Shown: positions 57,084 through 64,000 of the stretch, one piece after another
How positions within the stretch are numbered: the stretch's first letter is position 1
Layout of the letters: every line of letters starts with the position of its first letter
Assembly: GCA_029548865.1 (NCBI GenBank)
Contig: JAKPMO010000026.1
Location: forward strand, 32,001-96,000
Direction: 5' to 3'
Length of the DNA: 64,000 nucleotides
DNA from: Caldisericota bacterium
GTDB lineage: Bacteria; Caldisericota; Caldisericia; JAAYUI01
The notes under the pieces: model-generated
Told to the model about the DNA's origin: nothing
The model's database searches: none
What the model saw: the letters and a program-made list of their open reading frames with translations, nothing else
Translations under genes and position numbers: made by a program

Positions 57084-57703
57084 AATCTCCTCGCTACAGC
57101 AACGAGCTCTTTTGTAAGCAGAAGACTCTGCCTATCGAAAGAAGCACTTGAATAAGTATAATCGATTGCTTGTGCAAAAGGAAACACCAATGATTGATCA
57201 ACAAAAAGAATAACCCCGGACCATGTTAGAACAATCGATGAGTTGTCTGAAAAAACGATTCTTCTTGAGCCTTGTTTGATGATTTTTCCTGGCCCATCTG
57301 GCATCAAAGTCTCTGTAAAAGGTTCCAATGATAAAATTTCTTTTGTGATCTGGACATTACCACTGAAGGTTTGCTGGCATGTTTCGAGGTTGGGATTTAC
57401 AAGTCTAACCTGACTTGTTGTTATGATTTGTCCACCACCCGGGTAAAAGACGGTTTCATCGGTGTCGTAATTGCCTCCAGTAAAGTTTAGAAGATTGATT
57501 GCGCCATCAGTTTCCATACAAATCGAAAGATGGTGCTTGCATGTCCATGATCTACAGGCAAGAGGAGTGAAATCCAAAGGAAATGCGGTGTACTGTATTG
57601 TTGAGGACGATGTGCCGCTACTTGGATTTGCTGTGCCACTGTGGTTTCCTAAAAATTGGGCACCGTTGATGTTCCCGTAAATTGTGCTCGTTATCTGAAT
57701 CAC
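57080..57703 (-). CDS. Hypothetical protein with GFP-like beta-barrel sequence signature, lacking the X-Y-G chromophore
   Basis: GTG start after GGGAGGT; by-eye alignment to copepod GFP along the whole length (see findings). Confidence 0.65.
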   Translation of the reverse strand: MIQITSTIYGNINGAQFLGNHSGTANPSSGTSSSTIQYTAFPLDFTPLACRSWTCKHHLSICMETDGAINLLNFTGGNYDTDETVFYPGGGQIITTSQVRLVNPNLETCQQTFSGNVQITKEILSLEPFTETLMPDGPGKIIKQGSRRIVFSDNSSIVLTWSGVILFVDQSLVFPFAQAIDYTYSSASFDRQSLLLTKELVAVARRL

Positions 57704-57755
57704 GTTACCTCCCGTGTCTTACGTGGTTTTAACAAGACAATTTATCAAAACACTT

Positions 57756-57796
57756 AAAAAAGAAAAGACCAGATCGGCATCTTAGCCGACCTGGTC
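57756..57796 (-). terminator. Intrinsic terminator after pmbA
   Basis: Minus strand GACCAGGTCGGC-TAAGAT-GCCGATCTGGTC-TTTTCTTTTTT. Confidence 0.8.
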
Positions 57797-57804
57797 AGGT
57801 TCTA

Positions 57805-59142
57805 TTATCCAATGGCTACAGTGCAGTTGTCAAGTAGAATATATGGCAGTACCATTTCGCCATTAAACCCTGAAATTTCCACATCCGAGCTTATTGCAGC
57901 TATGTTATTGTTTAATGCTTCAAAGAGATTGACTGATACCATGGCATCTTTTATTCTGCCAACGATCTCGCCGTTTTCTACCAGGAACCCGAGGTCAACA
58001 TTTCCAGCAAGCTGGCCTGTCAGTGGGTTGCCCATCATGGTCCCGATGAGCCCATCAAAATAGAAGCCCTTTTTGATCCCTTTCAGGATTTCATTGGAGG
58101 GCTTGCTACCTGGTTGCATGACTATTGTGGATTGAGTGATGACCGGAGCGTTGTCAATTTCTGGTGGAGGGTTGAAAATGCCGCCTTTCTTGAATGCGTT
58201 GCCAGTTGATGCCATTGACAACTTTTTTGCAGTTCTTTTGTCCAGAAGGAAGTTTTTTAATACACCATTTTCAATGAGTGAGGTGCGCTGGGTTGGGGTG
58301 CCTTCATCATCATAAGGGCAAGAATGGTTCCTAAGGTCCATCCTACCGTCATCAATGAGCGTGAACATATTAGAAGCTACTTTTGTCCCAAGCTTGTCCG
58401 TCCATGGACTGACTTTTCTTTCAACACTTTTGCCACCAACGGATGCCAAAAGAATATTTATGGCATGGAGAAATGCGTTTGGTGTAAACAACACTGGATA
58501 TTTGCCGGAATTAGTTTTTACATTTTTCTGCCCATATTTAAAATTCCGGATTGCTTTTTCAACCAGTTCTTTCTTTTTGGCTTCATCCTTGATGCCTATA
58601 AAACCCTCACCACAACCGAGCATATTGTCGCCATCAGTCAGGTCTATGTAGCATCCCCAGGAAAAGGTGTCCTTCTCGTAAGAGCCTTTGAATCCATTGC
58701 TTGTTGCCATTTCAGTCTTGAAATGACTTTTTGTTACACCAGCGTGTGCTCTGGCTTTTGGGTGAAGGCCAGATATTGCGCCGATTGTTTCTTTGCCCAT
58801 GTCCACCATTTGCTGAATTGTAAGCTCTTTGGTCTCTTTGCTTGTTATGATCGGGGATGCAAAACTAGCATTTGAAGCAAACTCAAAGTCCATCACCGGA
58901 GAGTATTTTATTGTTTCAAGCGCCTGATTTATTAAGCCTTCAACATCACCTGGCTTTGTTGTGGTCGAGAAAGCCAGCTTGCCATCCTTCACGGCACGCA
59001 TTGCATAACCTTCCCTTTGGGTTTCTGAAATCTCTTTGAGCCTCCCGGATTCAAAACTTACCGGTGTTGTTGTTCTGTTGTAGTGGATGACCTCGACGCT
59101 CTGAAAGTGTTTCTTTGCCTGCTCAATTATTTTTTCTATCAT
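57805..59142 (-). CDS. pmbA: TldE/PmbA family protein
   Basis: PYDDEGTPT...LIENGVLKNFL, STGNA, G.L.ENGEI; no HExxxH; downstream of tldD. Confidence 0.88.
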   Translation of the reverse strand: MIEKIIEQAKKHFQSVEVIHYNRTTTPVSFESGRLKEISETQREGYAMRAVKDGKLAFSTTTKPGDVEGLINQALETIKYSPVMDFEFASNASFASPIITSKETKELTIQQMVDMGKETIGAISGLHPKARAHAGVTKSHFKTEMATSNGFKGSYEKDTFSWGCYIDLTDGDNMLGCGEGFIGIKDEAKKKELVEKAIRNFKYGQKNVKTNSGKYPVLFTPNAFLHAINILLASVGGKSVERKVSPWTDKLGTKVASNMFTLIDDGRMDLRNHSCPYDDEGTPTQRTSLIENGVLKNFLLDKRTAKKLSMASTGNAFKKGGIFNPPPEIDNAPVITQSTIVMQPGSKPSNEILKGIKKGFYFDGLIGTMMGNPLTGQLAGNVDLGFLVENGEIVGRIKDAMVSVNLFEALNNNIAAISSDVEISGFNGEMVLPYILLDNCTVAIG

Positions 59143-59150
59143 GCTTGCAC

Positions 59151-60524
59151 CTACTTTCCCGAAACAACAATCTTCTGGATGCGGATTGATGGCGAACCAT
59201 GCGAGGTTGGAAGAGGCATCTGGCCACCCTTTCCACAGCCACCGGCACTGTCAGGTTGTACGAAATCCTTGCCTACCATGTCGATTGCTCTAAGTGTCTC
59301 GAAGACGTTGCCTTGAAGAACGCTTCCCTGGCACATCTGCCCAATCTTTCCATTTTGTATTTTGTATGTGACCATTGAAGAGAAGGTGAACATCTCCCCG
59401 TTGGTCTGGCCGCCAAAGACGCCCTGGCAGAGCAGTCCGTCTTTTATCCCGTTGAGCATCTCATCCATAGAGGAATTGCCAATCTCGATGCAGGTGTTGC
59501 GCATCCTTGGAATTGGGGCGAACTTATAGTTTATTGCCCTTGCTGAACCAGTGGCTTTCTCACCCATTTTTCCGGCCGTTTCTCTGCTATGGAGTCTTCC
59601 AACAAGCTTGCCTTCCTTGATAAGGTAAGTCTTCTCTGTCGGTGTTCCCTCATCATCGTATTTGAGGTATCCCCTTGTTCCCTTGTCCAGACCTGTATCG
59701 TAGACATTCAAGATTGGTTTTCCGAATTGCCTGCCCATAGTCATAACTTCTGCAAGTGAGGGGTTTTCGTAAACATTATCACCCTCGGAGAGGTGTCCAA
59801 AGGCCTCATGGATAAATGTACCGGAGAGAATTGGGTCAAGAATTACAGTGTAGGAACCACTGTTGACTTGCTCACAGTCAAGCAACTTGACTGCTGTCTC
59901 AGAGACTTCAAGCACTTTCTGGTCAAGATCAAGAACAACGTTGAAGTCATCACTGGAGCCAACGCCAGTAAAGTAATTTTGTGATACCCCGTCTTTTGCA
60001 GACATTGCGATGAAGTTGGCACCCAGATCCATCTTTTCCTGTTCGATATAAGCGCCCTCTGAGTTTGCAAAATATAATTTTGAGTATGCGTCCTTGTAGT
60101 AGACCCTTGTGGTTTTGACTAATGGTGAAACAGAAAGCATCAATTCTGTATAACCCTTTAGCAGATCAACTTTTTTTCCAAGCGGTACATTTCTTACATC
60201 ATTCTTTACGTCTAGCTTTACCGTATCAACGATTGATTTTGTAGGCGCAAGCATGCTTTTTTCATTAATAGTGTTGCCAATAGTACGCGCCATCTGCACA
60301 GCTGCTTCAACCTTGGATTCCAATTCATCAATTGAATTGAAGGAAGCAAAACCCCAACCACCCTTGTAAAGTGCCCTGATTGCACCACCAAAGGCCTTTG
60401 TCCTCTGGACCTGGTCAAGGTCATGGCCTTGATAGGAAATACCAGTGTGGTCAGTGTCTTCAATCCTTATTTCAAGGTAGTCACAGTCATTTCTTTTTGT
60501 CAAACCGGTCAAAAGTGTTTTCAT
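59151..60524 (-). CDS. tldD: TldD family metalloprotease
   Basis: HEAFGHLSEGD, YDDEGTP, PIPRMRNT, GGCGKGGQ; SD GAGGTG before ATG 60524. Confidence 0.93.
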   Translation of the reverse strand: MKTLLTGLTKRNDCDYLEIRIEDTDHTGISYQGHDLDQVQRTKAFGGAIRALYKGGWGFASFNSIDELESKVEAAVQMARTIGNTINEKSMLAPTKSIVDTVKLDVKNDVRNVPLGKKVDLLKGYTELMLSVSPLVKTTRVYYKDAYSKLYFANSEGAYIEQEKMDLGANFIAMSAKDGVSQNYFTGVGSSDDFNVVLDLDQKVLEVSETAVKLLDCEQVNSGSYTVILDPILSGTFIHEAFGHLSEGDNVYENPSLAEVMTMGRQFGKPILNVYDTGLDKGTRGYLKYDDEGTPTEKTYLIKEGKLVGRLHSRETAGKMGEKATGSARAINYKFAPIPRMRNTCIEIGNSSMDEMLNGIKDGLLCQGVFGGQTNGEMFTFSSMVTYKIQNGKIGQMCQGSVLQGNVFETLRAIDMVGKDFVQPDSAGGCGKGGQMPLPTSHGSPSIRIQKIVVSGK

Positions 60525-60612
60525 TGCCACCTCGGAATTTTCTTTGTAACAACAAAGTTATTACTTTGGACCCAAAACTTCAAGCAAAGTTTTGACTGCG
60601 GTTTTGGTTTTG

Positions 60613-60762
60613 TTATTTAAGAATTTGCGACACCCAATATGAAAGCCACTTGGTCCCTCCAAGGGCCACCATCCACAGAGCAATTGCTAGTGTTATCGTG
60701 ATCAAAAGGGCAAGCGAGAACTTGAAGAAAAAATCAAGCATCTTTGATCTCTGCTCAAACAT
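60613..60762 (-). CDS. 49-aa single-TM small protein (not in ORF track)
   Basis: MFEQRSKMLDFFFKFSLALLITITLAIALWMVALGGTKWLSYWVSQILK; SD AAGGAGG; start overlaps the 3' end of the ABC gene. Confidence 0.6.
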   Translation of the reverse strand: MFEQRSKMLDFFFKFSLALLITITLAIALWMVALGGTKWLSYWVSQILK

Positions 60763-62485
60763 TGGGCCCTCCTTCAAATGCTTTGCCATCATAGATGAAG
60801 TACACCTTGTCTGCCATTTTTATCAGTACTGGATTGTGCGTTATAATGATTGTGGTTCCTTTCCTCAGCACTGGGGATATGTCTGCAAATATCTCCTTGG
60901 CCGTTGGGATGTCTACCTGTGCCAGAGGTTCATCCAGCAGGAGTATCTCCCTGTCCATCAGCATGACTCTTGCCAAGGCAACTCTCTGTTTCTCGCCAGC
61001 GGATATATTTCTTGCACGTTCCCCCAACGGGCCGTCACCAAGCCGTTCAGCTACCCCCGAAAGCCTGCAGAGCTTTATCACTTCCACCGGGTCATTTTTT
61101 GTTTCTCGCCCAAAAGTGACATTTTCGACCAGGTTGCCAGGGCCAAAATATGGGTGCTGGCTTAGAAAACCTATCTTTCCCCTCCAGGCTTGTCCATCCA
61201 GCTCCTCCAATGCAGTGCCGTTTATTTCCACATGCCCTGATTTTGGGTTCAGGAGCCCTGCAACAATTTTTAGCAGCGTTGTTTTTCCTGCTCCAGAGTC
61301 GCCGGTTATTGCGACTATCTCGCCAGGTTTTGCCTGGATGTCCAGCTCTTTCAATATTTCCTTGCTTTCGGCATAAGAGAAAACAATTTGTTTACACTCA
61401 ATTGTGTATGGTCCATCCGGGATTTTTTCCTTGCCGGTTTTTGGCAGTTCCTTGGCATCATAGACCTCAAAAAAGCGCTGTATCGATATTGATGTTCCAA
61501 CAAGCCCTTCCCAGAGAGAAAACATCGTCTGGAGTGGTGATGTGATATATCCAAATGCTATTGTAATGGCAGACACTTTGCCCAGTGTCCATGCACCTGA
61601 TGTGACTTGCCCCCACCCGAAAATATTTATCAGAAGCGAAACTACAGCGAGTATTAGACTTTGAACCAGCCCTGATCCTGAAGAGACCAGTGATGAGACC
61701 ACACCCATGCGCCATACCGAAACGTATTCCCTGATGTATGACATCATGGCCCTTCGCGTCTGGCCTGACATTCTCAAATCCGAGAGCGATGATACGAGGT
61801 CGTATTGTGTTGAACTGAGCTTTCCTGATGCATCCATTCTGACCTTTTGGTATGACCGGAGCAGTCTCTGGATAAAATACCATGCTGTTGTAGTGAAGAT
61901 GAGCGTTGGGAATCCGAATGCAGCGACCCTCCAGTCCATCACTGCAACTGCCGCTGGAATGGCCAGGATTCTTACAACAAGCGTGAATACAGTGTTGAGC
62001 GAGCTTGAGATGTAGCTAATTCCATTTGCAAGCCCGCTTGATCTGCTTATGAGGTCTCCGCTTCTTTGGGAGTCAAAGTATTCCTCATCAAGTTTTGAGA
62101 GTTTTCTATAAAAATCCACCTGAGTTTTGAACGCTATGTAGCTTGAGAGGTACTCTGAATAAATACTATTGAACCATCCGACAAGCATTGAAAAAAGGTT
62201 TGCCCAGAAAGTGAACATCAAAACATTGACTATCAGGCCTAAATCACCCTTTGCCACTCCATTGTCCAGGATTATCTTTGGCGCAAATGGCAGAATCAAT
62301 CCAAATGCAGCCGAGATTACGGAAAAAAGCGAAAGTAAGATAAAATGCTTGAGCAATGGTCTGGCATAAGGAAGGACCCTTTTTAGATGTTTTAAGTTCT
62401 CCGCAAACCCGTGCCTTTTCGGTGGTTCAGGGGGTGTAAAATCCAGCTCAACCCCCAATTTCTTTATGATTACCTTTTTTTTCAT
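60755..62485 (-). CDS. ABC exporter, fused permease + ATPase
   Basis: 6-TM domain with RSGDLISR; GDSGAGKTT, ISAGEKQR, LLLDEP, ITH; start at MKKKV after GGGAG. Confidence 0.92.
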   Translation of the reverse strand: MKKKVIIKKLGVELDFTPPEPPKRHGFAENLKHLKRVLPYARPLLKHFILLSLFSVISAAFGLILPFAPKIILDNGVAKGDLGLIVNVLMFTFWANLFSMLVGWFNSIYSEYLSSYIAFKTQVDFYRKLSKLDEEYFDSQRSGDLISRSSGLANGISYISSSLNTVFTLVVRILAIPAAVAVMDWRVAAFGFPTLIFTTTAWYFIQRLLRSYQKVRMDASGKLSSTQYDLVSSLSDLRMSGQTRRAMMSYIREYVSVWRMGVVSSLVSSGSGLVQSLILAVVSLLINIFGWGQVTSGAWTLGKVSAITIAFGYITSPLQTMFSLWEGLVGTSISIQRFFEVYDAKELPKTGKEKIPDGPYTIECKQIVFSYAESKEILKELDIQAKPGEIVAITGDSGAGKTTLLKIVAGLLNPKSGHVEINGTALEELDGQAWRGKIGFLSQHPYFGPGNLVENVTFGRETKNDPVEVIKLCRLSGVAERLGDGPLGERARNISAGEKQRVALARVMLMDREILLLDEPLAQVDIPTAKEIFADISPVLRKGTTIIITHNPVLIKMADKVYFIYDGKAFEGGPNV

Positions 62486-62657
62486 TGCAACTCCCATCTG
62501 GATTATAGTTTATATTTCCAAAGGTTGTTTCTGATAACAGGATTAAAACCGACAGATTGTTTTTGTGCTTGTCACTTGGTTTTATTTATGCTAGAAACAT
62601 CATTGAATATTTGCATTGAGTGGTGGCTTGCTATAAAATTGTTTTTCGGAGGTCTAG

Positions 62658-64000
62658 ATGAAGCGTATTGCCTTTGCACTTGCGGTTATACTCTTTTTGA
62701 GCTTTCCGGTATTTTCAGCGTCTTCTGTGGAACCACCACATTGCACAGTTACCCTGGAAGCACCTGTGGGGAACCCCACCATTGATGCCTTGGGAAATTT
62801 AGTGGGCAGGGTGAGATTTGTTCTCACCGGAGAGGGCAAAACTGCCATCTGGGGACGTTTCATTGTAGATGGTCAGGAGGGGCCGACCTATTTCAAGACC
62901 CTTATTGCACCATCACCAGAGCCAATAATTTTTGAAACCTTCCTGCCGACATCTCTTAGTGGCAGCCACGAGATCTATTTTGAACTTATATCTCCGAATG
63001 AGTCAAAAACTTCCTCGACCACCTATATCGTCAATCCACCGAAACAAGATATTTCTGGAGTAAAAATCATCTCTCCAATAAATGGTCAAATTATAAATCA
63101 GGGTGATTTTTTTGAGGCAAAAGCAGAAATACCGCTAAAAGGTCAAGGAACATACGAGATTTCTGGTAAGTGGATTGTTGATGGAGTCAGTCATCCTTTC
63201 AGCCAAAAAATGCAGGTTGCATGGCAGGCAGTTGCAAAAGTATCTCAGGTGCTTCCAACGAATGTTTCTGGCGATCACACCGTTGAGCTGATAGTTGATT
63301 TGCCGACAGCATACAAATCAGGAATTATTAAATACACAGTTTCTTTAAAAGCACCAATAGCAGTTGTACTTGATCCTGTCATTCAGGATGCAACTGTTTC
63401 AATCGATGGAACTACAAAAATCAAAATTAAGATAAATGTTACCCAGGCAGGTTCTTTCAACTTGCTTGGTTACCTTCTCCTCGATGGTAAAGTGTATGAT
63501 AAACTTGAAAAGATTGTTATTGGTCCTGGTGAATTTATTTATGAAATGACTATACCCGCCCAGTCTGCGGGTCCGCATACTGTCCAGTTTAAACTCGTTT
63601 CTCCGACAGAACTGCTTTCTAATGCTGTAACTTTTAGGGTTGTTGGAGAAGCATGGGTATGGCCCGGCATAATCTACCCTGGCGATGGGACGACTGTTAC
63701 CCAGAACTCGCCGCTTGTTGCAGAACTTGGGATCAAGGTTGGTGGAAAAGGCACCATCAAAGTGGTTGGCGTATGGATGATAGATGACCTTCCATATCGT
63801 GATTATGAGCAGATGCTCCAAATAACATCGGAAACAATAATTCTGGAAAAGATGCCCCTTCCAACTGATGCTCCTGGCTGGCACAGACTGAAATTCAGGA
63901 TGACCTGGCCGTATTATGAGGAGACAAAAGAAATCTGGTACAGGATATGGGGGAGAGAGCAACCACCGAGTTTCCTGCAAGTCATTACACATCCGCAGTC
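62658..64000 (+). CDS. Secreted protein with tandem Ig-like repeats, 3'-truncated by window edge (not in ORF track)
   Basis: TTGCAT-17-TAAAAT promoter, SD GGAGGT, signal peptide MKRIAFALAVILFLSFP; frame open to window end by manual translation; four ~105-aa repeats G.[WFY]..D[GD]...lP....G.H. Confidence 0.85.
   Translation, partial: MKRIAFALAVILFLSFPVFSASSVEPPHCTVTLEAPVGNPTIDALGNLVGRVRFVLTGEGKTAIWGRFIVDGQEGPTYFKTLIAPSPEPIIFETFLPTSLSGSHEIYFELISPNESKTSSTTYIVNPPKQDISGVKIISPINGQIINQGDFFEAKAEIPLKGQGTYEISGKWIVDGVSHPFSQKMQVAWQAVAKVSQVLPTNVSGDHTVELIVDLPTAYKSGIIKYTVSLKAPIAVVLDPVIQDATVSIDGTTKIKIKINVTQAGSFNLLGYLLLDGKVYDKLEKIVIGPGEFIYEMTIPAQSAGPHTVQFKLVSPTELLSNAVTFRVVGEAWVWPGIIYPGDGTTVTQNSPLVAELGIKVGGKGTIKVVGVWMIDDLPYRDYEQMLQITSETIILEKMPLPTDAPGWHRLKFRMTWPYYEETKEIWYRIWGREQPPSFLQVITHPQ

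Noticed and set aside
57530..57556. CRSWTCKHH as a heme c attachment motif
   Set aside because: It is not CxxCH (His does not directly follow the second Cys) and the protein has no export signal.
56568..62485. ABC exporter + TldD/PmbA + GFP-like + GNAT as a single RiPP-type biosynthetic cluster
   Set aside because: A strong terminator follows pmbA, no precursor peptide or YcaO/cyclodehydratase is visible, and TldD/PmbA are widespread housekeeping proteases.

Overview
Gene-dense 64-kb chromosomal segment of an anaerobic bacterium using the standard code (TGA ends many genes). The PQQ/copper-amine-oxidase-stalk and DUF11 surface proteins hint at a Caldisericota/Firmicutes-like lineage, but this is weak inference. 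Content: end of a fixABCX/ETF operon; an AT-rich KAP-NTPase islet at the 3' side of tRNA-Thr(UGU); Fe-S/metal genes (sulfite-oxidase-like, DUF134-NifX, radical SAM, polyferredoxin, Mrp); hypFCD-lipoprotein-hypE; endonuclease Q overlapping head-to-head with an XRE regulator; three tandem M23 peptidases plus bactofilin and rtcB; hutI-ftcd; ftsQ-ftsZ-yggS-sepF-alaS; yqgF, rlmN, mltG; buk/ptb/gdhA; deoB, ahcY, tldD/pmbA, an ABC exporter and large secreted repeat proteins. Two signals stand out. (1) The 207-aa ORF at 57080-57703(-) aligns by eye, gap-free over its first 70 residues, with copepod GFP. It is a candidate bacterial GFP-fold barrel whose chromophore triad is replaced by Cys-Lys-His, translationally coupled to a GNAT gene. 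(2) A gene split by the ORF caller at 47995-48528(+) has a signal peptide, an in-frame UGA in a G-U-C motif and a SECIS-like hairpin, making it a candidate secreted selenoprotein. No CRISPR array, rRNA, integrase or transposase was recognised. All family calls are by motif recognition; no searches were run.
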